Part shown: positions 29,990 to 40,191 of the stretch, in pieces
Position numbering within the stretch: the first letter of the stretch is position 1
Layout of the letters: each line of letters opens with the position of its first letter
Assembly (NCBI RefSeq): GCF_000332155.1
Contig: NZ_KB235903.1
Location: 715,156 to 779,155, forward strand
DNA: 64,000 bases
DNA from: Kamptonema formosum PCC 6407
GTDB taxonomy: Bacteria > Cyanobacteriota > Cyanobacteriia > Cyanobacteriales > Microcoleaceae
Reading direction: 5' to 3'
Notes under the pieces: model-generated
Databases searched by the model: none
What the model was told of the DNA's origin: nothing
Seen by the model: only the letters and a program-made list of their open reading frames with translations
Position numbers and translations under genes: made by a program

Positions 29990-30802
29990 ATGAAATTAAT
30001 TCGGAAAGCAACTCTAACAACAGGATTGTTGATAGCCGCAGCTACATTTGGAACGGCTGCCCCTGCTCAAGCGTTCTCTCTCTACTTTGGTGAAGATTTG
30101 GGACAGGGAGAGCAAGTGCGCCTAAATGCCACTCCCAACGCTAATAGAGCCAGAGATGAGTTCCTCTCTAACCTCATAGGAGTAGGAACTGAAAACTTTG
30201 AGCGTTACTCAGTGGAAACGGAGGCTCCTCTGTCCATCAGTTTCGGCAGTGCTGGAACCGCCACTCTCCTTGGCAATGGTTTTATCGATAGTGTTAACGG
30301 AAATACTACTAATGGAGTGGGACGCTATCCAATTTCTGGTAATAAATACTGGGAGGCTAGCAATCTATTCGGGATTACCTTCTCAAAGGCAGTAGCTGCT
30401 TTCGGCTTTTACGGGGTTGATATTGGTGATTTTGAGGGACAACTAACGTTAACGCTGTTGAACACTCTTACCAATTTCCAGCAGACAGTCACGGTTCCCC
30501 ATACGATGCAGGGATTAGGCGGTGGAGTGCTCTATTTTGGTTTGATTGCTGAATCGGATGAACTGTTTGACCGAATTATGTTTGGCAATACTGCACCAGG
30601 AGTAGATTATTTTAGTTTTGACAACATGACGGTGGGTAGCCTCGAACAAGTTGTGCCAACGGAAACGGTTCCTGATGGAGGCCTTGGTCAAGGATCGTCG
30701 CAACCAGTACCCGAACCCTTGAGTATGGCGGGGATGATCTTGGGAGGGGCGATGCTTGCTGGTACTCGGAAGTTGCGCCAAACGGCAAAAAGTGGTGACT
30801 AA
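29990..30802 (+). CDS. Secreted PEP-CTERM sorting-domain protein
   Basis: N-terminal signal peptide. C-terminal VPEP + hydrophobic stretch + RKLRQ, the exosortase recognition motif. Confidence 0.7.
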   Translation: MKLIRKATLTTGLLIAAATFGTAAPAQAFSLYFGEDLGQGEQVRLNATPNANRARDEFLSNLIGVGTENFERYSVETEAPLSISFGSAGTATLLGNGFIDSVNGNTTNGVGRYPISGNKYWEASNLFGITFSKAVAAFGFYGVDIGDFEGQLTLTLLNTLTNFQQTVTVPHTMQGLGGGVLYFGLIAESDELFDRIMFGNTAPGVDYFSFDNMTVGSLEQVVPTETVPDGGLGQGSSQPVPEPLSMAGMILGGAMLAGTRKLRQTAKSGD

Positions 30803-30934
30803 CAAAGGCTGAAATGGCATTGAGCAGTAAAATCCGATCGTCTTTATCCCTTGCTAAGGAACTTTTTCCTTAAAGTTAGGAAATCCCTGGGCGTTGCAGT
30901 TGGTAACTTGCTAAGCTTGAGCTAATTGCTCCCG

Positions 30935-33055
30935 ATGAGGGAAGTTATGAAAAGTTGCACAGAAAAAATCGCTCTGCTTCATTGTAATTATCAAGTCAAA
31001 GTTCGTACTCTGAAATGGTTAGTTGCTATCCTAGCAGCAACACTGACGATCGCAACAGTAGGGGCAGTCAAACCTGCACCTGCTGCTGAGCTAGTAACGC
31101 AAGCTAACTCTAGCCAAAGGCTCAGCCCAGTACCCCAGATGAGTCCGCAAATAGAGACAGTACAACAAGACTTACTGGGTGGAATCTTACCAATTATTCT
31201 GATCGGTGGCGCAATCGTCTGCATTCCTCTATTTTTTGGGGGTTTGGTGGTAATAGGCGATCGCGAAGTCGGCATTATCAGCAAAAAATTTAGCTTTTCG
31301 GGAAAATCCCTGCCCCCCGGCCGTTTAATTGCCCTCGATGGCGAAGCTGGATATCAGGCCGATACCTTACCTCCAGGGTGGCACTGGGGCTATTGGCCCA
31401 TACAGTACAACGTTCGCAAAGAACCCGTTACTGTAGTCCCCCAAGGTGAAATTGCTCTAATTGTCGCCGCAGATGGTGCGCCCATTCCGCCGCAGCGCAT
31501 TCTCGGCAAAGTTACAGATTCTGATAATTTCCAAGATGCCCGTAAATTCCTCAAAAGTGGTGGGGAAAAAGGTCGCCAACTGGGTATTATTACCACTGGT
31601 ACTTACCGTATTAATACTGCTCTGTTCACGGTAATTACTGCTGCTAACGCCGCTAAACATGGCATGAGTGCCGAACAGTTACGCCTCTACAGTATCAACC
31701 CCGATAAAGTTGGAATTGTCACCACATTTGACGGTATCCCGATTGAAGCTGGCGAAATCGCGGGAGAAACGATCCCCGATCACGACAATTTCCAAAACGC
31801 TCAGAAATTCATCAGTGGCGGTGGTAGGCGCGGGTTGCAAGAACAAGTTTTGCTCTCTGGTTCTTGGAACCTGAACCCTTGGTTTGCTGGTGTCGAACAA
31901 GTGGCGATGACAGAAATTCCGATCGGCTATGTTGGCGTGGTAATTTCTTATGTAGGCAATACCTCGGAAGATGTCAGCGGTGCTGCTTTTACTCATGGAA
32001 ACTTAGTAAATCCTGGCAATAAAGGTGTTTGGGTTGCACCTCTTTATCCTCGCAAACATCCGCTCAATACTCGGATTTTAAAAGTAGAGTTAGTGCCTAC
32101 TACTAACATTGTGCTTAACTGGTCGAGGCGCATGGAAAGACATAGTTATGATTCTCAACTTTCGTCTCTGACTGTGTGTTCTAAAGATGGTTTTTCCTTT
32201 GATTTAGAAGTATCACAAATTATTCACGTCGGGGCTTTAGATGCTCCCAAAGTGATCTCGCGGGTGGGTTCGATGCAAAATTTAGTGGATCATGTTTTGC
32301 AACCGACTATTGGCAATTACTTTCGTAATTCTGCCCAGGCTTATACTGTGTTGGACTTTCTGACGGCTAGAAGTGAGAGACAAGCGGAGGCTGCGGAGTA
32401 TATTAAAAGCGCACTTCGTTCTTACGATGTGCAGGCAATTGATACTTTGATCGGGGATATTTTGCCGCCTGCGGAACTGATGCAGACGCAAACCGATCGC
32501 AAAATTGCTGAAGAACAACGCAAGACCTATGATGTGCAGCAAATGGCTCAAACTCAACGGCAGCAGTTGGTACGGGAAACGGCCCTCGCGGATATTCAGC
32601 AAGAAATGGTTAAATCTGAGCAGGGTGTGAAAATTGCTGAGTTGAAGGCGAATGCTCAAATTCAGGAAGCAATGGGGGAGGCCGAGTCAATTCGGATGAC
32701 GGGAAATGCTAAGGCTGAAGCTTATCGCGCGGGGGTGGTGGCTTTGGGAACTTCTGGCTATACAGCGTTGCAGCTTATGCAGGTAATTGGCGATCGCCAA
32801 GTTCGGGTTGTTCCCGATGTTGCTGTCACTGGTAACGGCGGTGGTACGGGGTTAATTGATGGGTTACTGGGGATGATGCTGTGGAATCAAAATGGTAAGC
32901 ACGAAAGTTCTGATCCTACAACACAGGGAGAATCGACTGTTTTGCCTTCTGTCACAACAGCAGTCTCAAATCCGGCGGGATCTCCTGCGGCTCAAAAAGC
33001 TAAAAGCGATCGGCACTTGCATAAATCGCCCCTAGATTCTCCTCCTTTAAGCTAG
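30935..33055 (+). CDS. Flotillin / SPFH (band 7) family membrane protein
   Basis: N-terminal TM, SPFH domain, long Ala/Glu/Gln-rich coiled coil (AEEQRKTYDVQQMAQTQRQQL...), Gly-rich C-terminus. Start ambiguous (TTG 30926, ATG 30935 or 30947). Confidence 0.7.
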   Translation: MREVMKSCTEKIALLHCNYQVKVRTLKWLVAILAATLTIATVGAVKPAPAAELVTQANSSQRLSPVPQMSPQIETVQQDLLGGILPIILIGGAIVCIPLFFGGLVVIGDREVGIISKKFSFSGKSLPPGRLIALDGEAGYQADTLPPGWHWGYWPIQYNVRKEPVTVVPQGEIALIVAADGAPIPPQRILGKVTDSDNFQDARKFLKSGGEKGRQLGIITTGTYRINTALFTVITAANAAKHGMSAEQLRLYSINPDKVGIVTTFDGIPIEAGEIAGETIPDHDNFQNAQKFISGGGRRGLQEQVLLSGSWNLNPWFAGVEQVAMTEIPIGYVGVVISYVGNTSEDVSGAAFTHGNLVNPGNKGVWVAPLYPRKHPLNTRILKVELVPTTNIVLNWSRRMERHSYDSQLSSLTVCSKDGFSFDLEVSQIIHVGALDAPKVISRVGSMQNLVDHVLQPTIGNYFRNSAQAYTVLDFLTARSERQAEAAEYIKSALRSYDVQAIDTLIGDILPPAELMQTQTDRKIAEEQRKTYDVQQMAQTQRQQLVRETALADIQQEMVKSEQGVKIAELKANAQIQEAMGEAESIRMTGNAKAEAYRAGVVALGTSGYTALQLMQVIGDRQVRVVPDVAVTGNGGGTGLIDGLLGMMLWNQNGKHESSDPTTQGESTVLPSVTTAVSNPAGSPAAQKAKSDRHLHKSPLDSPPLS

Positions 33056-33122
33056 CTTGATTGTGGTAAGTTCGTATGTATTGATATTTTGTACCATTAT
33101 CAATACTACGAGAAATTGACTC

Positions 33123-33407
33123 ATGTCTGAAACGTTTTCAACTGAAATTAGCGATCGCATCTGCTCTCACATGAACGAAGATCATGGGAATGCTGTAGTG
33201 CTTTACGCTCAAGCATTTGGTGGCATTTCCAGTGCAGCATCAGCACAAATGCGGGCAATTGATGCTACTGGCATGAATTTAACTGCTCAAGTCAATGGCG
33301 AAGATGTGCCCGTCCGTGTTAGCTTCGACCATATTTTAAAAGATGCCGAAGATGCTCACCACACTCTGATTGCTATGGTTAAACAGGCGCGGCAACTTAG
33401 CGAATAA
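33123..33407 (+). CDS. DUF2470-like small protein
   Basis: HMNEDHGNAV motif; 94 aa. Confidence 0.4.
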   Translation: MSETFSTEISDRICSHMNEDHGNAVVLYAQAFGGISSAASAQMRAIDATGMNLTAQVNGEDVPVRVSFDHILKDAEDAHHTLIAMVKQARQLSE

Positions 33408-33715
33408 ACTAAATTTAAGCGATGTTAGGCTTGCTAATTCTTTCGATCTCTAGACTTACACACCGAGCGCGAAAACAAATCAGAGATTGTTTGGGGATTA
33501 GTTAATTCCTGGCAATACTTCCGACTGCTTCGCTGCGATGCCTTCGGCCGGCGTAGCCATCGCAACGACGAAAGATGCTAAGCTTGCCTAATTCCAAGCA
33601 CAACTACCAAGACAGTTAGGACGTTCTTAAATTACGGAAATTATTGCTTTGATTGCATATTATTTCTGATTTAAAACTGCTGAATTTTGCAATAAATCTA
33701 AAATCGTTAAATTCA

Positions 33716-35299
33716 ATGATAGAAAATCCTCTTTATCCTAAAGGCAGTAATGCTGTTATTGGAGACGAAAATGCGCCTTTGTCTCCACTTGTAAAAAAAC
33801 TAAATTTAATGATTTTGGCGCGTTACCCACTACTATATATTGTCGCCGCCGAAGAAGAACCCGCCGAAGAAATAATTTCGCAAGTAGCACGAGAGCTAAC
33901 TCCTTCGCGCCGAATTTTATTGTGGGATATTGTGCGCGGCTGGGATGACAATGGCTCTGCTAAAGGCTCAGTAATGGCAGCACTGGATCGAATTAGCAAA
34001 ACTTCGGCTGAGGAATATACAATATTTGTACTGCGCGATTTACATCCTATTTTGAAATATCCCTACACAGAAAAAAATGCTCCCGCAGTTCGGGAGTTGC
34101 GGAATTTGGCACGGGAATTAAAGCGCAGCCGTAAGACGATAATTTTAACTTCTCACGTACTGGAATTACCAGAAGAATTGAAGGAGGAAGTAACAGTAGT
34201 TGACTTTCTTTTACCCAACGTAGAAGAGATTAATTATTTAATTTCTCAGTTTACCGATCGTCCAGAACAGTTAGAGATGAGCGACCTAGCAAAGGAACAG
34301 TTAGTAAAAGCTTGTCAAGGATTAAGTAGAGCTAGAATTAGGCGGGTTTTAGCTAAAGCCTTAGCAGCAAAACAGCAGATAAATGAGTCCGATATAGATG
34401 AGGTATTGGAAGAGAAGCGACAAGCAATTAGGCAGACGGGAATTCTAGAGTTTTTTACGACAAAAGAATCGCTAAAAAGTGTAGGGGGATTAGATAATTT
34501 AAAAGAGTGGATAAAACTGCGACAGGATGCTTTTACTGAGGAGGCTCAGCGCTACGGTATACCTAATCCTAAAGGAGTTTTGCTCGTAGGAATTCAAGGT
34601 AGTGGTAAATCACTTGCTGCTAAAAGTATTGCTCATGAATGGCATTTACCACTGTTACGAATGGATACTGGGAAGCTATTCGGGGGAATTGTAGGGGAAA
34701 GTGAAAGCCGCATTAGGCAAATGATTGAGTTAGCAGAAGCGATCGCGCCTTGTGTTTTGTGGATAGATCAAATTGACCTGGCTTTTGGGAATATTAATAG
34801 CGCTACAGAAAGGGATTCAGGTACGTCGCGGCGGGTATTTAGCAGTTTGATCAATTGGATGCAGGAAAAGACAAGTTCTGTGTTTATTGTGGCAACTGCA
34901 AATAATGTACGAATGTTGCCGATTGAGTTGTTACGAAAGGGTAAATTTGATGAGATTTTCTTTTTAAGTTTGCCCCATGAAATGGAAAGGTTAGAGATTT
35001 TTAAAGTACATTTGCAGCGGTTGCGTGGCGAAAGGTTAGGAGAGTTTGATTTGGCTTTGTTGGCAAGGCGTACTCAGGATTTTAGTGGTGCAGAAATTGA
35101 ACAAGTTGTGATTGACGGGTTATATCGGGCATTCGGGACTTTTGTCAATGGACAGCGTAAAGATTTGACAACGGAGGATATTTTAAGTGCAATTGAGGAT
35201 ACTGTACCATTGGCTGCGTTCGCAGGAGATAGAATTCAAGATTTGAATCAGTGGGCGACTGAAACTGGGGCGAAAATAGCATCTAAGGATAAGTATTAG
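33716..35299 (+). CDS. AAA+ ATPase, Ycf46-like
   Basis: Walker A GIQGSGKS, Walker B VLWIDQID, second region of homology. ~500 aa with a C-terminal AAA module as in cyanobacterial Ycf46. The track's TTG start is at 33653; first ATG is at 33716. Confidence 0.65.
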   Translation: MIENPLYPKGSNAVIGDENAPLSPLVKKLNLMILARYPLLYIVAAEEEPAEEIISQVARELTPSRRILLWDIVRGWDDNGSAKGSVMAALDRISKTSAEEYTIFVLRDLHPILKYPYTEKNAPAVRELRNLARELKRSRKTIILTSHVLELPEELKEEVTVVDFLLPNVEEINYLISQFTDRPEQLEMSDLAKEQLVKACQGLSRARIRRVLAKALAAKQQINESDIDEVLEEKRQAIRQTGILEFFTTKESLKSVGGLDNLKEWIKLRQDAFTEEAQRYGIPNPKGVLLVGIQGSGKSLAAKSIAHEWHLPLLRMDTGKLFGGIVGESESRIRQMIELAEAIAPCVLWIDQIDLAFGNINSATERDSGTSRRVFSSLINWMQEKTSSVFIVATANNVRMLPIELLRKGKFDEIFFLSLPHEMERLEIFKVHLQRLRGERLGEFDLALLARRTQDFSGAEIEQVVIDGLYRAFGTFVNGQRKDLTTEDILSAIEDTVPLAAFAGDRIQDLNQWATETGAKIASKDKY

Positions 35300-35302
35300 A
35301 AA

Positions 35303-35500
35303 GAAGGGGCTAGGGGCTAGGGGCTAGGGACTAGGGAAAGAGGGGGAGATGGGCGAGGGGGGAGATGGGGGAGATGGGGGAGATGGAGAGGATGGGTAAT
35401 TAGCGATTAGCGATTAGCAATTAGCAATTAGCGATTAGCAATTAGCAATTAGCAATTAGCAATTACCAATTAGCAATTAGCAATTACCAATTACCAATTA
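35303..35500. repeat. Compound STRR block: GGGGCTA x4, GGGGAGAT x5, AATTAGC/AATTACC x14
   Basis: Read directly. Continues with AATGGCT/AATTGGT heptamers at 35933-35973. Confidence 0.8.
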
Positions 35501-36217
35501 CCTATCTACTTCCACCCGCAGACTCATCTTTTGGTGGATTATCTTGTCTCTGGGCGTAAATATTTCCTGATTTTTCAATTAATCTTGAATCTCGTTGCTT
35601 TGATATAATGTCATTACGAGGAACCGATTTAAGAACTGTCGAAGCTTCAGCGACTAAGGGGTGCGCGATGACTACCCTGGCTGAAGGCATCGCAATTGCT
35701 AATGCTGCGGTTCCGGTCAAAAATAGAGAATGCACTCTGGAAAAACTTAGCTTCATCTCCATCACCAAGAGAAAGCGGTCTATGTTTTTCAATATTTCAC
35801 GGCAATCGAGCTCAATGTTTGTCTGTGTAGTTAAAACTCACAAGGTAAGAGGAAAAGATAGCTGCATACACATCTGTGAATCTGCCTACACAAAGACACT
35901 ACTTTTTTACTTAGGGGGCTAGCTTAAGAGTAAATGGCTAATGGCTAATGGCTAATTGGTAATTGGTAATTGGGATACACAGATTTTACAGATTCCTCTG
36001 ATTTCACAGACTAAACGATCGTGACTCTAACTAATCCGTGTAATCCGTGTAATCGGTAAAATCCGCGATCGTAACTGGTAATTGGGAGGAAAGTTAAATG
36101 ATTAATAAGTGAAATTAGTTGCTTTATTGCTGATTTATGGTTGTATTTAACCGTACAAAATTCCCTATAAAACTAAAATATTTAGCAATACACTAGCATT
36201 AACTATAGGAAGCAAAG

Positions 36218-38077
36218 ATGAATCAATTAGAGTTCACGAAAGCATTTACAGCTTTGACACCAAGACAGCAAGAAGTGTTGTTAAAAGTTTTAGCTGGTGA
36301 AAAAGATGCAGATATTGCTGCTTCGTTACATATCACCAAAGAAACTGTGAGAAAACATATTGAAAATATTTGCGAAGCCTTTGGTTTGAGATATCAACAA
36401 GATCATGGCTTATCGCACCGCCCTAATTTAATTGCTCTATTTGCTAAATACAGACCGGAATTATTTAGCCGTTATCCTCAAAATAGCAGAAATAATACTC
36501 AAGTTTTGCTCAGCTACTACCGTAGTTTTGAACTAGATTTAGGTTTAATATCGCAGTTAGATGCGGCATTAAAAGCTAATGGGTGTAGAGTCTTTCAAGC
36601 TGGCAGTAATCTGCGAATGGCAAAAAACGGCCCACAGCAAATTTACGCAGAATTGAATCAAAGTGATTATTTATTGCTACTTTTATCGCCGCTTTCAGCT
36701 TGCAGCGAGATGGTGACAGAAGAGGTAAGGACTGCCAAAACTCTGCAAGGTTCGCGGGAGGGCAAACCTGTAATTATTCCGATTCGGATTAATTGCCCTT
36801 TTAGTTTACTAAACCATGATTTACGTGGCTATCTTCAGGGAATTAATGATTATGAGTGGTTGAAACCTGATGATACAGCAAAAATTGTCACGAGAATATT
36901 AGAAGTGATATTAGGCAGCAAAAGGCAAGAGGAAAAAGTAGTAGATAGCGGCTTAAATTCGTCTACAAATCAAGAGAAAGGAAGAAATTTAGAAACGCCA
37001 ACAGCTTTCCCGATAGTTTATGCTTTGACTCCAAATTACCCACCACAACCAATAGCAGAACCGGAGTTACCGAGAGGACAAGTCGAGTTAGCTTCTGCGT
37101 TTTATGTGGAAAGACAAGGAATTGAAGATCGTTGTTATGAGGCGATCGCGAAACCAGGTGCATTAATCCGCATCAAAGCGCCTCGCCAGATGGGAAAAAC
37201 TTCTCTAATGGCGAGAATTCTTCGCCGCGCCGAGTTGCAAGACTTTGCCGTAGTCCCTTTAAGCTTTCAGTTGGCAGATAGTAAAGTTTTTACCGATTTA
37301 GAACAGTTTTTGCGGTGGTTTTGTGCAAATGCTGCTTTGCAGCTAGATTTGCCGGATCGCTTAGCTGAATATTGGAATGGGATTTTTGGTGCTAAAGTAG
37401 CTTGTAAATCTTATTTTGAAAGATATTTGCTAGCAAATATTACAACTCCTTTAGCTTTAGGTTTAGATGAAGTAGATGTAGTGTTTAGATATCCTGAATT
37501 AGCCGCTGATTTTTTGGGATTGTTGCGTGCGTGGCACGAGGAAGCTAAAAATCGGGATATTTGGAAAAAATTGCGTTTAGTTGTCGTACACTCTACAGAG
37601 GTTTACGTGCCGATGGATGTCAATCAATCGCCATTTAATGTAGGTTTACCGATTGAGTTGCCGGAATTTAAACCGGAACAAGTGAAAGAATTAGCATTGC
37701 GGCATGGGTTGGCTTGGGGTGCAAAAGAAGTTGAGCAATTAATGGCAATGGTGGGAGGACATCCTTATCTGATTAGGTTGGCTTTCTATCACATTTCCCG
37801 ACAGGAAATAACTTTGTCAGAATTGTTAGCAACAGCACCGACTGATGCGGGACTTTATAGCGATCATTTGCGGCGGCATCTGTGGAATTTAGAACAGCAT
37901 CCAGACTTAGCAGCCGCTATAAAAAAGGTGGCAGATAGTGCTAGTCCAGTGCAACTAGAGTCAATGCAAGGTTTTAAGTTGCATAGTATGGGATTAGTGG
38001 AGTTTCAAGGTAATCAAGTAAGGCCCCGCTGCAATTTGTACCGCAATTATTTTAAGGTGCGTTTAGGAAATGAATAA
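36218..38077 (+). CDS. Three-domain protein: LuxR-type HTH, TIR-like domain, AAA_35 (STAND-like) ATPase
   Basis: LTPRQQEVLLKVLAGEKDADIAASLHITKETVRKHI (LuxR HTH). VLLSYYRSFELDLGLISQLDAALKANGCRVF...LLLLLSPLSACSEMVTEEV (TIR-like). IRIKAPRQMGKTSLMARI P-loop (AAA-like domain). Confidence 0.6.
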   Translation: MNQLEFTKAFTALTPRQQEVLLKVLAGEKDADIAASLHITKETVRKHIENICEAFGLRYQQDHGLSHRPNLIALFAKYRPELFSRYPQNSRNNTQVLLSYYRSFELDLGLISQLDAALKANGCRVFQAGSNLRMAKNGPQQIYAELNQSDYLLLLLSPLSACSEMVTEEVRTAKTLQGSREGKPVIIPIRINCPFSLLNHDLRGYLQGINDYEWLKPDDTAKIVTRILEVILGSKRQEEKVVDSGLNSSTNQEKGRNLETPTAFPIVYALTPNYPPQPIAEPELPRGQVELASAFYVERQGIEDRCYEAIAKPGALIRIKAPRQMGKTSLMARILRRAELQDFAVVPLSFQLADSKVFTDLEQFLRWFCANAALQLDLPDRLAEYWNGIFGAKVACKSYFERYLLANITTPLALGLDEVDVVFRYPELAADFLGLLRAWHEEAKNRDIWKKLRLVVVHSTEVYVPMDVNQSPFNVGLPIELPEFKPEQVKELALRHGLAWGAKEVEQLMAMVGGHPYLIRLAFYHISRQEITLSELLATAPTDAGLYSDHLRRHLWNLEQHPDLAAAIKKVADSASPVQLESMQGFKLHSMGLVEFQGNQVRPRCNLYRNYFKVRLGNE

Positions 38078-38104
38078 TTAAAAAACTAGAGATAAAAAGT
38101 TGAC

Positions 38105-39277
38105 ATGAGATATGAAGTCAATTTAGAATATACTTATCAAGTTGGGGGCTGCTTGCCGCTAGATGCACCAACTTATATCACTAGAAAAGCCGATATTGAG
38201 TTAATGGAAAGTTTGAAAGCCGGAGAATTTTGTTATGTGTTAAATTCACGCCAAACTGGAAAGTCTTCCTTGCGAGTTAGAACGATGCAAAGGTTGCAAG
38301 CTGAAGGTTTTGCCTGTGCAGCAATTGACTTAACGGCAATTGGCAATCGCAATATTGAAGCTCACCAATGGTATGCTGGTTTAGTTTATAGTTTAGCTAA
38401 TGGTTTTGATATTTTAGATCGGTTTGATGTCAGTCGCTGGTGGTGCGATCGCGAACTACTTTCTCCCGTGCAAAGGTTTAGTCAGTTTCTTGAAGAGGTG
38501 CTGTTAAAAGAGGTTGCTCAAAATTTAGTCATTTTTATTGATGAAATTGATAGCATTCTCAGCTTGAACTTCCTTCCTGACGACTTTTTTGCTGCGATCG
38601 AAGCTTGCTATAATAGACGTGCAGAGGAGGTAAAATACAGGCGACTTACTTTTACAATCTTGGGTGTGGCAAACAAGAGCGATTTGATAATTGACAAACA
38701 TCGGACGGCAATTTTTAGTATTGGTAGAGCTATTCATTTAGAGGGTTTTCAGTTGCAGGAATGCCAGCCTTTAGCCGCTGGGTTAGCTGAGAAATTAGAG
38801 AATGCTGAGAATGCGATCGCAGAGATATTATCTTGGACGGCAGGACAACCATTTCTAACTCAAAAGCTATGCAAACTATTAATACAAAAACTTCTGAATA
38901 ATTGTCAATCCCGAATCCTAAATTCTCCAACTGAAGTTTCTGAGTTGGTAAATTATTTAGCCATTAATCAGATCGTAGAAAACTGGCAAGGACAAGATGA
39001 GCCAGAGCATTTAAAGACAGTGCGCGATCGCGTACTCAGAAAATCAGATCGACCTAGCCACCTGCTAGAATTATATCAGCAAGTTTTGCAAAACAAACAA
39101 ATTGTTGTTGATGATAGTTCTGAGCAATTAGAATTGAGACTTTCAGCATTAGTAGTCAAACGTGAAGGAAAGTTGGAGGTTGCTAACCGGATATACAAAT
39201 CAGTTTTTAACATTAATTGGGTGGAAGAACAATTAGCACTTATGCGCGAGAATGCCCTTCCCATTTTTAATTCTTAA
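38105..39277 (+). CDS. AAA_35 (AAA-like/STAND) ATPase paralog
   Basis: [19 protein letters not shown]-loop and hhhhDEID Walker B (VIFIDEID); paralogous to the C-terminal half of the upstream gene. 27 bp gap. Confidence 0.6.
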   Translation: MRYEVNLEYTYQVGGCLPLDAPTYITRKADIELMESLKAGEFCYVLNSRQTGKSSLRVRTMQRLQAEGFACAAIDLTAIGNRNIEAHQWYAGLVYSLANGFDILDRFDVSRWWCDRELLSPVQRFSQFLEEVLLKEVAQNLVIFIDEIDSILSLNFLPDDFFAAIEACYNRRAEEVKYRRLTFTILGVANKSDLIIDKHRTAIFSIGRAIHLEGFQLQECQPLAAGLAEKLENAENAIAEILSWTAGQPFLTQKLCKLLIQKLLNNCQSRILNSPTEVSELVNYLAINQIVENWQGQDEPEHLKTVRDRVLRKSDRPSHLLELYQQVLQNKQIVVDDSSEQLELRLSALVVKREGKLEVANRIYKSVFNINWVEEQLALMRENALPIFNS

Positions 39278-39297
39278 TTTTTAATTATTAATTGCTT

Positions 39298-40191
39298 ATG
39301 CCCTATAGCTTGGTTTTAAACTTATTGCCATCTTCGCCAATCCCACCCCAATTTTTGACTGGGCGGCATCTTCATGCTTTGTTCTTAAAATTAGTAAGTG
39401 CAGTAGATACTGATTTAAGTGCTTATTTGCACGATCAAGCTAATGAAAAAGCTTTCACCCTTAGCCCCTTACAAGTATCTAAAAAAGAAGGGCAAAAAAT
39501 TAAGATAATAGGGGAAAATAAGAGAATCGATCCTCTAGGTTCTAGGACTTTACAGTGGGAATACAAACAAGTAATTAGCGGAAATACACCGATTTGGTGG
39601 CGTATTTCTCTTTTAGATGATAGTTTATTCGCCCGCCTGACTCAACTTTGGTTGCACCTAAATTTCGATCGCCCTTGGCATCTCGGCCCCGCAGATTTAC
39701 ACATTACTAGCATCTTAGCAGTACCGCAACCTGCCCAGCCTTGGGTGAATGCGATTTCCTATACACAATTATACGAGCAAGCTTCAGCAGAAGAACGGCA
39801 AATTGCTTTTAGTTTCTGCACTCCGACTAATTTCCGTCAAGGTCAATACGATACACCGATGCCAACTAGAGACACTATTTTTGGTAGCTTGCTAAATCGC
39901 TGGAATAAATATAGCAATATTCCTCTAGATCGTACTATTATCGAGCCTATTTTTCCCAGCTTTTTTGACATTCATACTGAAATGTTAGCTGATTCTCGCA
40001 GTAAATTTATTGGGTGTGTCGGCGAAGTTAGCTATCGAATTATGGGCGATGTTGAGCCGCTAAAGATTAAACAAATTAATGCCTTAGCAGATTTTGCTCT
40101 CTATAGCGGAGTGGGGAGGAAAACACCGATGGGTATGGGAATGGTACGGCGGCTGCAAGAGTTCAGTAATGCTAACGGTTACAGAATGTAA
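39298..40191 (+). CDS. cas6: Cas6-like CRISPR-type endoribonuclease (orphan, no array)
   Basis: N-terminal MPYSLVLNLLP...GRHLHALFLKLV (Cas6 RRM fold with candidate catalytic His). C-terminal glycine-rich loop GVGRKTPMGMG fits GhGxxxxxGhG. 20 bp after the upstream gene. Confidence 0.55.
   Translation: MPYSLVLNLLPSSPIPPQFLTGRHLHALFLKLVSAVDTDLSAYLHDQANEKAFTLSPLQVSKKEGQKIKIIGENKRIDPLGSRTLQWEYKQVISGNTPIWWRISLLDDSLFARLTQLWLHLNFDRPWHLGPADLHITSILAVPQPAQPWVNAISYTQLYEQASAEERQIAFSFCTPTNFRQGQYDTPMPTRDTIFGSLLNRWNKYSNIPLDRTIIEPIFPSFFDIHTEMLADSRSKFIGCVGEVSYRIMGDVEPLKIKQINALADFALYSGVGRKTPMGMGMVRRLQEFSNANGYRM

Noticed and set aside
35502-35922. ORFs 35502-35792 (-) and 35608-35922 (+) in the 900-bp gap before the LuxR/TIR gene
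   Set aside because: They overlap each other on opposite strands, have no recognisable motifs or RBS, and lie in repeat-rich non-coding DNA. Most likely spurious, possibly gene remnants.
35300-36217. Possible CRISPR array in the repeat-rich region just upstream of the TIR/AAA_35/Cas6-like operon
   Set aside because: The repeats are 7-8-bp tandem heptamers (GGGGCTA, GGGGAGAT, AATTAGC, AATGGCT) with no unique spacers. This is STRR-type DNA, not 30-40-bp CRISPR repeats. No CRISPR-like periodicity was seen anywhere in the window.
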